This document shows, piece by piece, positions 1 through 13,700 of a stretch of DNA of 64,000 nt. Each line of letters starts with the position of its first letter. Positions within the stretch are counted from its first letter, which is position 1. This DNA is from Bugula neritina. Taxonomy: Eukaryota; Animalia; Bryozoa. A program made the position numbers and the translations under genes. The stretch spans positions 33,417,504-33,481,503 of the forward strand of contig OZ037765.1 of NCBI GenBank assembly GCA_964035545.1. The letters run 5' to 3'. A model generated the notes under the pieces. The model did not search any database. It saw nothing but the letters and a program-made list of their open reading frames with translations, and was not told the DNA's origin.

Positions 1-519
1 TAAGAGGTGTCTGCGCAAGCCCAAGTCTCTAAGACCATTAACGGCTAGTGCTGTTGCAAACCTTTGTCGGACTATATCATTATCATTCCCAAAGTCCACG
101 GTTCTACTTAGTTTCTCAACTCTCAATAAATACTCTATCTCGTTTTCTCTACAAGCTTGGGCTACGCTAACAAATTTCATAGTTTTAACATAGAAACTGT
201 CATCTTGGGAATAATGGGCTTTTAATAAGTCTAAAGCGGTAGCATAGCCTTCATTCGAATTATCGTTTAAATTGAAGCCGAGTGACTGTAACGTATCTAA
301 TCCCTCTGAACCGATGGCACTTAGCAAAGCCAACAGCTTAGTTCTACCCCTGAATCTGTTAACTTGTGTTCCCTCTACTTCTTCAGAACCCAGGTTGATG
401 GAAGTTACCTCAACACTTAACTGGATTTGTGTAAGCCACGAGTTCCATGACTTAGCAACGTTACTTTCATCTAGTATTAGCTTAGGGAAAGCATTTAAAT
501 CAAGGTTAGACCGAGCCAT
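1..519 (-). CDS. Gypsy/Ty3 LTR retrotransposon gag N-terminus (runs off the window start)
   Basis: Open frame from ATG (CAT 517-519) to the window edge, absent from the ORF track because it has no stop: MARSNLDLNAFPKLILDESNVAKSWNSWLTQIQL...KLLALLSAIGSEG...ALDLLKAHYS...ENEIEYLLRVEKLSRTVDFG...VNGLRDLGLRRHLL, resembling Mag/K02A2.6-type gag. Lies downstream of a PBS and LTR. Confidence 0.85.
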   Translation of the reverse strand, partial: MARSNLDLNAFPKLILDESNVAKSWNSWLTQIQLSVEVTSINLGSEEVEGTQVNRFRGRTKLLALLSAIGSEGLDTLQSLGFNLNDNSNEGYATALDLLKAHYSQDDSFYVKTMKFVSVAQACRENEIEYLLRVEKLSRTVDFGNDNDIVRQRFATALAVNGLRDLGLRRHLL

Positions 520-781
520 GCTAAGTACTAACACTAATATCACTATCAATATAGTTACTGAACTGATTAAATAATAACAATATATCACGTAACTAATATC
601 ACGGTGTCAATTTTGAATTTTAATTTTAACTTTTACCACGTATTCGGACGTTTCTCTCTTACCCTCTTGGACAGTTTTCCTCAATAACAATAATAATTCG
701 CTTCTCTAACTCCCTCGTCGTCTCACTTACAAACCTCGTTTCTCTTACACTCACAATCGCAAATATGTATTACTAACTCGG

Positions 782-809
782 GCAGGTTCGTATCCTGCTG
801 ACTGCACCA
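782..809 (-). promoter_or_regulatory. Primer-binding site complementary to a tRNA-Ser-like 3' end
   Basis: Plus strand GCAGGTTCGTATCCTGCTGACTGCACCA is a T-arm, acceptor strand and CCA resembling metazoan tRNA-Ser. Confidence 0.8.
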
Positions 810-1399
810 TGTAATGTAAACTCACCCTGTTGAGCTCTGGCTATCGAGTGCCTCGTGTAGGCTTACGTCCGGTTAGCTATTCTCCTAAGTCACGTGGCCA
901 CCGACCTCGCGTAGCCTTGGTACCTGCTATCGCTCGTCAGTAGCTAGTCAATATCGGATCATCTCACTACTCAGTGCTACAACCAATCTGGTCTTCTGCC
1001 ATTTCTACAAATACTAGTTTACTTGTAATAACTATATCAAATCTATTGTTGGTATATATAAGTAATATTAAATAAAACCTTTCATAATTTGAAAGGCTGC
1101 AAAAGCTCAACTCAATTAAATAGAAATATTTTAAAAATAAAGCACAGGCCAGGGCTTTAACTGCTAGACTATGTTATTGTAATTGTTTCACCATGCAAGC
1201 TAGTTTTTAATTACTTGTTGAGATTGACCAAAATACTGCATTAATACCCAACCTGAGCTTTTAGTGAGTGTTGTACAACTGCCAAGCAAGTTTCAAGTTT
1301 CGGATAGAAATTGAATGCACAACTCAAACAGCTATACTTTACTTGTATTTAAGTTATAGAATATATGATATCATATTGGGCTGATTGTTGTATTTTTAG

Positions 1400-4300
1400 A
1401 ATAAAAGCTGTGATCAGTACGAAAGTTTTGAAAATAATGAGGATGGAGGGGAGCATTGTAAAGACATCAAGGGAAACGACTCCAAAGAATCAGAAGAAGC
1501 TTTAACAAAAGATGTTTTATTTCAGATTTTTGTTTTCAACTTAGCATTTTTTGGCAGAGTAAGTAATGGAGTAAAAAATAGTAACAAAAATCCTAAAATC
1601 ATGAAGTGGGTTATTTAGTTGACTAACTACTTTTACCTTGAGAGATACAGTCTTCCCATAAGATGTGAGTTAATTTGGAACTAAAAAGTTATTAGTAAAT
1701 TTAAAAGAAAATTGTTTCTACTGTTTAAAGGATATTTTTTATTCGAGTCTTTAAACACAAAATAGCTGGTACTCTTTTAGCATGGAGTCTTGTACCATCC
1801 AGCACTATAATTACTAGATGCTATGACAATCACTCTATCACTTTGACTTCTATATTTTTTAGGGTTTCACAATGAACTCTATTGGACCTACACTGATAGA
1901 TCTGAGACAGATAGCATCTTTATCCATAGAACAAGGTGGATGGTTGTTTATATCACAATCTATCGGATATTTGATTTCCAATCTCATTGCAAAAGTTACT
2001 TTTTTGAAGTAAGTATGGAACTTATGTTAGTAAGAAATTTCACATGAACCCTAAATAGCATTACTCGCTAGCTCTTGTTTACCAGGGTTCATTCTTGTAT
2101 GAGAGAAAACACTTTCAAATTATCTTAAAGGAACATCAGCAAAAGTTTATTGAAGAATATATGATTTTACAGCAATATGATAAGTTGAATATAGCACACA
2201 AAGTAATATATTTAAATCAACATAAAGATTGACTAATTTGTACCTACTGAGAGAAGACAACTACGGATTTGTTATATTTACACGGTAATGGCTAAGAATG
2301 AAAAATAACTAATAAGCATTTTTAAGAAATACTTTTGCATCAGTTTTCTACCACTAAGAAATTTTTGCATCAACAAAATTCAAGGCATATACTGACTTGG
2401 ATAACCCTAGTCTTTTTACAGAGTAAAAGTATATTCACATAAAATATTATAGGAAGACGAGACAGGTACCTGATGTAGAGGTCATTGTAGGTACCTTATA
2501 TATAACATTCTCTCATGTGGCAAACACTACTTTATCATACTCGTGCATGTTCAGTAAATCTCTAACAGCTTTATAATAATATGTAAACAAATTATAAAGC
2601 ACTAGCTGCCAATTAAAAGACATTGGAGTTTTTTAAAATTATTACATCATGGGTATAAGCTAGTATAGGTAAATATAGCAAGGTATACATATATGTAAGC
2701 TGGTAATATAGGTAGATATAGCAAGGTGTACATATATGTAAGCTGGTAATATACTAGGTAGATATAGCAAGGTGCATGTATAGTGAGTATTGGATAAACT
2801 TTGTTTTTTTAGATTCAACAGCAAAGTTGTGATCTCTTTCTCCTTGTTTCTGAAGGCAATTTCTACTTCCCTTGTTACTGCGTGTGGTAATGCGTACGTC
2901 ATGTGTCTGATGCTGATTGGACAAGGAGTAGCTGAAGGTCTAGCAGATGTGGGTAAGTGAATATCCTTTAATAATTTTTTTAAATATTGAGTAAATTTTT
3001 GATCTTTTAAGAAAAAATTTTGGTGTAAAGACTGTTCAAAAATGATCCTTTAGTGATGGTTTATTAACCAACTCAACATAATCTTGCTTGAGAACAAAAA
3101 GTCAAGTTTTATAAAGGTTTAATCAAAGCCGTGCAGCAAATAATAATGACAAGCGAAAATTGCAAACACTTGCTATTACTTTCTACACTGAGTGCTGTGG
3201 GTGTGCTACATACTACCTCATTGGAGTTTGCTAGCACATCTACCTAATGTTGAGCTGCGTTATTACACTGAGTAGTCTGACAGATATCAGCTGAATATAC
3301 TGAAACTTACTTCTATCTGTATTCTCTCTTACCATTCCTAACAATTTCCTATGCGAATTGACTATATAATGTGAAGGAAAGTATTATATTTGTAGGCATA
3401 ATCAGTGCATGTATTCGACTCGGTGGTAAAAAAAGAAGTGGTGTATTTACTCAGACCGTGGCTTTTAGTGTCTCAATAGGCAGCTTGTGCGGGCCGTTCA
3501 TAGTGAGCCCCTTCCTATCTGACTATGCTAGTCGTCAAGTAACACACCCTGCATTATGGCATTCCGAATCATATGTTACAACTATGGATTCTGGGTAGTT
3601 ATACACATCATTTTTTACTATTGGTTTCAAGTTTGTGCGGGTCTGTTGGATTTTATGTTGAAGACTGTTAGCATTGGTTGCCTTGGTTTTAAACTTTGCA
3701 TATTCCTTAGTTTGCTGTATTGTTTACTGTAAATAATGATGAGTTAAGTAGTGAGTTTGTATCTCTAACTATTTACAATAACTCTTTTAGTCAGAAAGAA
3801 GAACAGCTAACTACTTATCAACCATTCTCCTTCACAAACACTTCCAACCAAACATATGATCACATGACCAACACAAGTACGACAGAGCCTGAGACTTATG
3901 GCATGGAGTTTACCCAGACACACATACAATACTACTACATTATACTAGGCATCATGTGCTTTATACCTGCTGTGCTCTTTGCTGTCCATCATCGAGTGAA
4001 TGGTGAACCAATAAGAAACATGGACAAGCTTACAGCTCCCTCTGACTCAATATTTTTCAAAGGTTGCACAACTCCCTTGTCAGTTACTACCATACTTGCA
4101 TCTTTAGTGTCTTTCTTACTCTTTGCTACTCAACAGTCTTACAGCAACATACTGACAACTTTTGCTGTCTACAGTTCCCTCCATTTTGATGAGTCACAGG
4201 CCGTTTATCTATCTTCAGTATTTTGGACGGCAATTTGTGTTGGACGACTGATTGGTAAGTTCCGGAAAAAACTAATTCCAATTCAAAAAGGTGTCCTTGA

Positions 4301-5851
4301 ACTACCGTGCTTTTATAATTTATAGAAATCAGCATAGTAGCATGGTTCTTAGTTTTCTAATTTTAGAATTTCTATTGTGTTTTTTTCTAGATTTAACCTG
4401 AACCTGCCATTTCAAATCGTGAAAAATATCTTTTCTATTACTCTTCAAACACATTTACTTGCTGCTAATGTGCCTTTATTAGTTGCTTAGTATTTTCTTC
4501 AACTATTTTCATTATTTAAAAACTCTCTAAAGTTTTTGCTTTAGAAGTTCACATAACTACAGCTATGCTTTTGAAGACTTTTCAACTTCCTTCTGCATTT
4601 TCTAATATACTATGTGCAATGTGTTGAAGAATCCATTGTCATGCATTAGCCAATGTGCATTACTTTCAATGAACAACTACTCTATCTATTCATAGTTATT
4701 CGTTTTAATGTGAACTCGTAGCTTTCCTGATCATGTTTCTCACAACTCTGGCAATATATTTTATTCTTGCTCAGGTTTTTTCAGTCACTTTGCTTTGCAA
4801 GTAACATACATGAGCTCTAACCTTGATGTTCTCTGTGTAGGTGTATTTGTGGTGCTAGTTCTGTCACCATTCAAGACTCTTCTGTTTAGTACAGTACTCG
4901 GAACCATTGCCGGGGCAATACTCTCTGTGTTTGGAGATAAGTCGCCAGAGATTCTGTGGATATTCACTGCGGTCCTGGGACTTGCCTACTCCACAACAAC
5001 AGCTGGAATGTTTTATTGGGTGGCTCATCACTTACCAAGTAAGCAGTTGAGAAAATAAATATAGTCAACTGTGATATATTCTTTCATCTCTACATATATT
5101 ATAATTATGTTGTTCACACATACTATATATTGTAGTATTTTATTAGATATACAGAATATTACATCACATTTTATCTTATTGAGTAAAGACCCTTATTATC
5201 AAAAAAGTCTACCTTGTACAGTTTTAGTAACTATAGAGTATAGGGGAACTATATTTTCGCTATCATATGCATCCACTTCCCCTAATCACCGCACTATGTT
5301 AGCACCTAAGGCTACTCTGTAAGCTGCTGAACTAAAATTTAGTAATCCCCAATTGTATATAATATTCCACTTTTTTGTCAAACTATACATTTTCAAAGAA
5401 GGTAACAGAAGATCGGTTAATTGGTTATGCCAGATTATTTTCACAATTTCTACAGTTAATCGGGTTTTAGGTGTTGCATTCGTTTGCATCCAAACAGATG
5501 GCTTGTAGTTAAATCACATGATTTTATGCTTTCGGCATCCTTTTCACTTATTGGGAAGTTTCTACTAAGTTTAACTGGCACATTTTCCAAATATCTATTG
5601 CAGACGACACATATTTTGTGATTTTACTGATGCTGGGAGAATGTATTGGACTCCTTATTATCCCAGCTCTGGTAACTTTCCTCTTCAAAGTAGTTGGACC
5701 AATGATATTGATGTACTCTGTGTTTACAAGCCTCTGTATTACTACAGTAATGTTGATATCAGCTCAGCTTATTATAAGACAGTATGGAAAGGATGGACAA
5801 CTCCTTGGTAAAGTTTCGGCAGCGGAAGAATTACTTAAAGACCAAGACTAG
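1400..5851 (+). CDS. MFS transporter, MFSD4/sodium-dependent glucose transporter 1 (NaGLT1)-like, paralog A; start exon not found in window
   Basis: Phase-consistent GT-AG exons 1400-1558, 1863-2008, 2813-2952, 3396-3594, 3791-4254, 4841-5038, 5604-5851 (stop TAG), 517 sense codons. Motifs GPTLIDL, GSLCGPFIVSPFL, YLSSVFWTAICVGRLIG, multiple TM segments. AATAAA at 6079-6084. Confidence 0.88.
2667..2780. repeat. ~42-bp tandem repeat, ~2.5 copies (intronic)
   Basis: Unit GGTAGATATAGCAAGGTGTACATATATGTAAGCTGGTAATATA repeated with small variants. Confidence 0.75.
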
Positions 5852-7091
5852 CTGATGCGCTGATTTTTAATTTGTATGCAGTGTGTTATACCTGGTATGA
5901 CAAATCTAACAGGATATTGCTCGTTATTGACAAATCAAGCTAGCAGTTTAATTAATTATTCATACTTCTAAGTTCAATTTAATTCTAATTCAATTGTTCA
6001 AAGTTAACTTATGTTTCTATAAGGGCATTATACTTTTATACTTAATGACTAATGTTTACTATAATTTTGATATTAAATAATAAAATATTTAAATGAGTAA
6101 AATTATGGCAGAAAATAGTTTTGGGAAATGGCAAGAATTTAAGAGGTTTTACTTAAATTCTATAAAACAAGCCATTAGCTCATTTTCATGAACATCTAGC
6201 AAGAGTTGTAACTTCCTTAAGGTTACATTTATCAGCTTTTTCTAGCAACTTGAATGCAGTAGTACTGTTTGTACAAATCTGTGATTATAATTAACTCATG
6301 ATTTAAAATATACTGCCTTTCCTTACAAGTTTTAATTATTTTAAGTATGAAGGATGTTATTACATTTTACTATTTTTTACAAAGGCTCTGTAATCTATAT
6401 TTTATTTAAACTGCAAGATTCATGTACAGATTAAGGAGTAAAAGTAAGCTATATGGGAATATAACTTCTATTTGTTTGAAATGACTCATTTTTAGGTAAA
6501 ATTATTTATGACTCGAGTCACACACATGAATGAAAATATTTGATGCCGCAGATTTAAGTATTCATGAAGAGTTTTCTTCTCTCGGAAATTGTTGATAAAT
6601 TGTTGAACGTAGTAAATTCCTTCACACAATACAGTTTGTGACAGCAGTGTTATTAATTCCAATTTAAGTACGAACAATGGGAGTGCTCTTTAATTTTGTA
6701 CAGCTACTGGTATCCAAACTGGAGGAGCCAGGAGGGGACGAATCTCCATCTCATGTTCAGGTTTCTTAGCAGCAGAAATATGTAAAGCTGGGTTGAAAGA
6801 TAGAAAAGTAAGTAGTAACATCTTCTCACCTATCTCCGCTTTGTCCTGTTTGGGTAGCGGCTATCATAAGTTGTGGTTATTTTGATTGTCTAGCCTCATA
6901 TTTCCCAGCATGCCGTTTGTAACCATAGCAACAAAGATACTTCCCATAGAAGATTAATAAAAATAAAAATATATTTCAACAGACGTAAAAATAAAAATGA
7001 ACAGATAACTTCTAAAAGGCAATCCTATTATCTAGCAACTGAGCAGTCTAGCCTTTTAATTCTCACAAAGCAAGTCTTCGGTATATATAGG

Positions 7092-7706
7092 CTAGTTTCC
7101 ATCTTCTCTCTGTTCAGATTTACTGAGGAGTCTTTTGTCTATCCCGTACCGGGAAGCAGTTAAGTGAGCTAGCACTATTGTGACCATCATTATGCAGAAG
7201 CTGGCAAACACGGAGTACATTAGTATCATGGGTCCCGTGGAGTTGAAGAGAGATGTAACAATTGTCGGCGCAATGATTACTCCTAGACAGTCTCCAATGG
7301 TGAGTATGACTATGATGTATGTGTCATCTACAACCAGCAGTTAAGATAACTATGAAACACCTCTATATTAGCTAATTAAGACATTACTTCCAACAAAAGA
7401 AAAGGTTGCTTCTAATGAATACTGAGGACTGGTTAAACGCTATGTTGCTGGAGAAATAATGATCAAATGCCTTTCTGGTGTCACCAATGGCCATGAATAG
7501 AACACATGACCTAGTGTTTCCTGTGTGAGTGTGTGCGCGTGTGTGCGTGCGTGTGTGTGGTGTATGTGTGTGTGTGTCTTTGTGTGTGAGTGTGTGTCTT
7601 TGTGTGTGAGTGTGTGCGCGTGTGTGTGTGCCTGTGTGTGTGTGCGTGTGTGTGTGTGTGGTGTGTGTGTGACTGAGTGCGTGTCTGTGTGACTGAGTGC
7701 GTGTCT

Positions 7707-7778
<72 letters not shown>

Positions 7779-10700
7779 AAGCTCGAGTGCGAGTGTGCGG
7801 AGATATTCTAATAACTTACTTGGCAAGTGGTTGGTTGCCCAAGAAAAAATGCTGCCAGTGGTTGTAGAGTAGGCAAGGCCTAGGACAGCAGTGAATATCC
7901 ACAAAGCTTCTGCAGACTTCTCTCCAAATATTACAAGCGCTGCTCCGGATGCACTTCCAATAATCATGTCTATGATAAGCATCTTGAACGGCGATAGAAA
8001 CTTGGCTACCCAAATACCTTCAACATAAAATAGTGCGTACCACTGAGAGCAGACACAGAGGGTATAGATCTAAAAATATCTAAAGAATGCTAAATAGTTA
8101 TGACTTTTTCAATGCAATGTAAAATCAGGTAAGATATTTTAAGAGCTCAGATTACCTATCAATCGTCCCACGCACATGGATGTCCAAAAGACGGAGGAGA
8201 TGTAGACACCCTGAGTCTCGTTAAAGTGGAGAGGACCCAAGACGGCAAAGGTTGTTAATAAGTTACTATACGCCTGCTGAGTCCCAAATTGCAGCAGCGC
8301 AAATATAAAGATCAAGCCAAGAGCTATAAAAATATGAACTGTGAAATCTCTCAAAGTCAGAGATTTTAAGTGATGAGTATTGGTTTTGATTTTTCTAATT
8401 GACTGGCCACTAATTCTATGATGGATACCAAACAGTACAAATGGGATAAATGATATTATGCTTAAAATGATGTAGTAAATGTAAACGTGTGTTTTAGTAA
8501 ATTCTATTGGCTCTGCTCCGGGAAGGGCAGAGTTGGCCAAACTGCTGTTAACTGGGTCAAAGGTCGAATTTAATGTTATGTTCATCTGTGGCTTTACTTC
8601 AATGTTATCATTCTGTATCCTACAAGCAATAAGATGCTCCATCAAACCTAATGATAATCAGAGTTATCAGCTGCGATAAATGAAGCAGTAAGTCAAACTA
8701 GATGACTTCCTGTTAATAAAGTCAAATACTGAGTACACAATGTGTGAACATTGATTTCTTTCTACAGATACACAAGGTGGTTTAGCCTAGGGCCACACTG
8801 TGCGTATTTTCGCATGCGAAAATTAAAATCACAAGTAGCAAAGGTGTCCACTGTAGCGTCAGTGATGCGTGATAAATAAAGCGTTCATTTTTAAATCGCA
8901 CTCGCTTTCAATTAAACGCAATTTACTAGAATGTAGCACTAAATAAAGAAATTGGGCTCACTGAATAGCTACCAGCCAATTAGGTTACGACGACAGAGAC
9001 GATTCGCACTTGCGTTGAAAATGCAGAGCGACAAGTGCGAATGTTTTCTCAACGCGCACAGTGGACACCTTTGCTACTCGTGATTTCAATTTTCGCATGC
9101 GAAAATACGCACCGTGTGGCCCTAGGCTTACTTAGAGTTTAAAGTTGCATTTAGAAGATGCGTATGCCATAGTGAAGGATGAGATCTGTTGTGACTGGCT
9201 AATTCAGAAAGGAAGGGGCGGGCTATAAACGGCCCGCATATACTCCCGATTGAGTAGCCAAAACATATAGTCTGTAGAAACACGCCATTCCACTTCTTTC
9301 CACCAAGTCTAATGCATATGGCAAAAGTACCTGCAAACATGTTATAGAAGTCATTGAGTCGGTGAAGAATAAAATAAATGATTCTAGCTGCAAGCAACTT
9401 CTTATGAGTCTACAAATGGGTCATTTTACTTACTTTAGTGCACACTGGAAATCTCCAGTTTTTCGCTATTTTTCACAATTTAGCTGCTAATGAACATGGG
9501 TTTTTGCCCAAAACTAGTAAAATATCAATAAATACATTTAAATAATAAAGATTCTTTTTAATTTTGCTTGATTTCCCATGTTTTTTTTTATTTATTTAGC
9601 TAATTTCGATTGTGAACCGTTACCAAAAAAAACCGTAACTGTTCGCAATCTAAATTAGCTAAATAATTAGGAAAAAACATGGGAAATTAAGCAAAATTAA
9701 GAAGAAGCTTGATTATTTAGATGCGTTTATTGATATTTTACTAGTTTTGGGCAAAAAACCATGTTCATTAGCAGCTAAAGTGTGAAAAATAGCTAAAATA
9801 TGGAGATTTTCAGTGTGTACTAAAGTAAGTAAAATGACCCAAATATTTTATCTATTGGTAACGTTTTTGACTTTGTTAAAAATGCTTTATTTAACAAATA
9901 TCTAAGAAATTATGGGTAAGATTGTAGTTGTCACGCCCTGATGGAAAGCACTCTTTAAGCAGGCTAGAAACTGTTTTCTATTGTGACTACTAATATAAGG
10001 CCAATATTACTATATTATATCAACAATAAAGTTGTTATGTGTTAACATTATATTAGCTTAAACATACATTCTTATTGGTACAACTGTCATCAGTATATAT
10101 AATACACACCACCATATTTTCTAAATTAATGCTTATTAGTTATAAATATAATTAAATAACATTCCAGTTATGTTTGATGTCCTGACTGCAAGTTAGAACT
10201 TGTCACATTTTCATGCCTCATTAACAGTTGCTTAGCAACCCCTCAGACCCTGTACCCTCGACTCCTTACACGTCTAAGATACAGCTGGAGGGTTGCATAA
10301 CCTACTAGGTTGCTGCTATGATTCATAACTCACCAACTCCTGCGAGTCCCTCCATGAAACCTTGTCCAATAAACATCGCACACATGAAGTACGCATTGCC
10401 AAGGGCGGGAATGAGGGCAGTGAAGACTGCTTTGAGCAACGAGCATGCTGCTATCACTATTTGGTCACTAAACCTGAGAAAATATTGATTGGTAAACTGA
10501 TTTATTAATAAACATAAAAATATTTAATGATTGTAAATTCATTAGTTTGTGACTGTGTATAAGGAAAACTGCACTGTCTACTTTCAAGAACTAAGTGAAA
10601 TAATATATTCTGCAACTATAGTAAAACTGGCATGTCAGTGCATTAATGCTGAAACAAAAAAATAAGATTTTATGGTAAAATGGTAAATAAATTTCCTAGT

Positions 10701-13700
10701 AATTTAAGGTGAAACGAATACACTCACTACTAACCAGGCTAATCAGGACTTAGGTATGAAACCTGCAGGGAAGTTCGGTCAACTAAGATATTTTTACATT
10801 CCAATGCAGCTTAACTATTCAGGACATATAAGAGTATTGGAGTGAATAATCCAGGATTATTTATGTGGTTAATTTGCACTTACTCTTGGTAGAAAACCTT
10901 TGCAGTGAGGCACGAAATAAAGAAACCAATTGACTGGGACACATACAACCACCCCCCATCTGCTATGGACAAAGAGGCTATTTGTCTCAGATCTATCAAC
11001 GTTGGGCCAAGCGAGTTGAAAATCAGACCCTGAAATGAAAACCAAAATTATAACAGCAAAATGCATTCAACATTCTTAGTACTAGTACTTTAAAAAAGTT
11101 ATATAATTTGTTCTAAAAATAAATTGAGCTACTTCTTTATGTAAATATCAATTATTAGTTTCTTCTTTCTAAAGTAAAATTACACACTGTTGCAACTTGT
11201 GCAACTACTGTGTTAAAAGTTAAGAGGTAATACTTGGAACTTGGAAGACACTATAACCCTCATAAAACAAGTAATATATTATAAAAACAGTAGTGGCTAA
11301 TTATGTATTAAAAAAATGTTACTATACATTGGCAAGTAGACAGAGAATAAATTGGAAAGCTATGAACATTTTTAATTTATGACCTGTTGGTAGTTTTTAT
11401 ATAGAAAACATGAATAGTCATATAAAACTAACATCATCAGCTGACATGCCAAGCTTAGAGGGCCAAAACACTAGTCGTCTTCTCATGACTCAGTCTGGCC
11501 GCGGTCAATTAGGTCAGAGAAATTGAAACTGAACTGAAACACTTTTCTATGACTTTAATGGCTTAATATATTAGGGTGTCAAGGTTACACCCCCCAATAA
11601 AACTAAGATTTTATAATCGTTGACTACAACTATAAATTTTAGTTTCTTTCAATTTCACTTATATATACGTGTTTACAATTGTGCATGGCTAATATTATTA
11701 ATGCACTACTTTTCTGGCTACTTTAAAAAAATATTGTTTATACTATTTATATTTAAACTACCTAATTATATTCATGTAGTTTATATCATTATAGGTTTAT
11801 ACTATTTAGTACAAACACTGATATAGCACAAGTTTTATATACTTTTACTCAAGTTTCTACAGACAACCTTTCTTTGTCTATACTCTATACGTTTGATTTA
11901 TAAACTGCTCAGCTCACACATCAAAGACATTGATTGATTTGGTATTTATCTATAAACTGATTTGCCAATTTTAGGTAAAAATAGCACCGGTAATGATAGC
12001 ATAATTGGAAAAGTATGTAAACTGGCACACTGATGTTAGATTTTCCCAATCTCTAAACTCCACCCTTAAACCAAAACTCCAGTATTGAAAATATGCAATG
12101 TTTTATCTACTTTTGGATTTGTACCAGTTTTGCTGTGCCATTTATATCTGTGCCAGTTTTACCAGAAACTGATAAGCCTCCAATTGAACCGACTCAAACT
12201 AAGTTTGAGTTGAACAAGACTCACTATTTCAACCCAACTGTTTTCAGACTGAGACCAATTTTTAGAAAGTGCCAGAAGGAAAATAGTTGAATGTAATCTT
12301 ATGCTGTGAATAGAACTGAAAGGTAAAGCACTACTAAAAAGATAATAGAATAGCTGCAAGGACTAATCCGAACATTTGAATAAAATGAATATTATGTTAA
12401 ATAAATGTTTTTGTGCAAAATTCCAAACAATTGATCATTCAAAGTAGAGATGAGCAACTTATAGTCTCTGGGAAACAGGTCTATAAATATACATTAGAAA
12501 ACACCAGGCTTATTGGTTAAAAGAAAAACAACTTTCTGTTGTATGAGTTCTTGTTTGATCCTAGCCTCAGCTCAGCTTACAATGAAATTATAATTTTTCA
12601 GCAGAAGTGTTTAGAACTTAGTATACCCGACAATCAGGGGGCATAACTCTAGTCTAAGAACAAACTTACTCTGCCTATGAAAGCAAAAGTGCAGGTGCAA
12701 AGCTCCGAGAGCATTTTTTTAGTGATGACACCATTGTCCTCGTCGGAAGAACTATCTTCTTCCTGTTCCTCATCAGATCTCCTTTCCTCTCCAATACTTT
12801 CTATTGTATCGTAGTACTCGCAGCTTTTCTTTAAATAAATTTGTTAGAAAATTATTTTACATCTACTTTGTTAAAGTTTGTTCATTTGTTTAAAAATCAA
12901 GTATATATATCGAGCAATAACATTGAGTAAAGATTAAAGTAGTTTTAAAGAACAAATTAGTCAATTAACAATAGTAAACATTTGTGATAATAATCATGGC
13001 TATAGTTTGAGCCAATTGAAATACTTGTTACAACAACCTAACAGGTTTACAAGGGATAGAAGAATAAGCAACAAAATAAATAACTCAATAATTGGAAATA
13101 ATATTATTCAGGCTAGTATGTATTTAACATAACAGTATGTAACAAATTTGGGTACAGATACGAAGAAAAGTTCAATATGTATGCAAATCCATGTCTGTCT
13201 GTCTGTCTGTCTGTGTTCTGTCTGTTTGTCTATCAACAGTCAAACTATATTAAAATCCAATGAAGTAGCTATATTATGACTTCTTAGCTAAATCAACCAG
13301 TCTGTACACTGACAATTCTGGATTGGAAGCCACATCAAAGGATGATTTGCCATTGCATTCAGTAAACTAAGCTGGTTGCCGAGCTTGTAGTCTTTAATAG
13401 TCATCCAAAAAGCAAAGCATGTGATGAAAATGGATTAAACCAAAATTTACTAGAGAAAGTTGTGCTGGTAGATACGAATTGGTACCCAGAAAAGAGGTCT
13501 AAACGAAGTATGTATAAATTTTAGTAATAAGTTTGTTGGTCTATAAGATATTCAATATAGTTAAACAAAACAGCAGATATGATCGGAGTCATTAATATCT
13601 GAAACACTGAATCACAAGTTACATTAAGCTACAATAGTCAACTATCCAAAACTAATTAATTTATCTCGACATATGTTGGTGAATATTGAAATTCCATCTG

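Larger units (their letters stand above)
1..1009 (-). mobile_element. 5' portion of a Gypsy LTR retrotransposon (LTR ~810-1009, PBS, leader, gag)
   Basis: Minus strand reads ...TTACA|TGGTGCAGTCAGCAGGATACGAACCTGC (LTR end CA followed directly by PBS TGG). Candidate ~200-bp LTR with TGTA...TACA termini (810-813, 1006-1009). The outer LTR boundary is tentative because the other LTR is outside the window. Confidence 0.8.

Noticed and set aside
272-574. 100-aa plus-strand ORF
   Set aside because: Antisense shadow of the gag ORF on the minus strand.
7440-7780. His/Thr-rich ORFs (HTHTHT)
   Set aside because: Translation of an intronic (CA)n microsatellite read through a splice donor.
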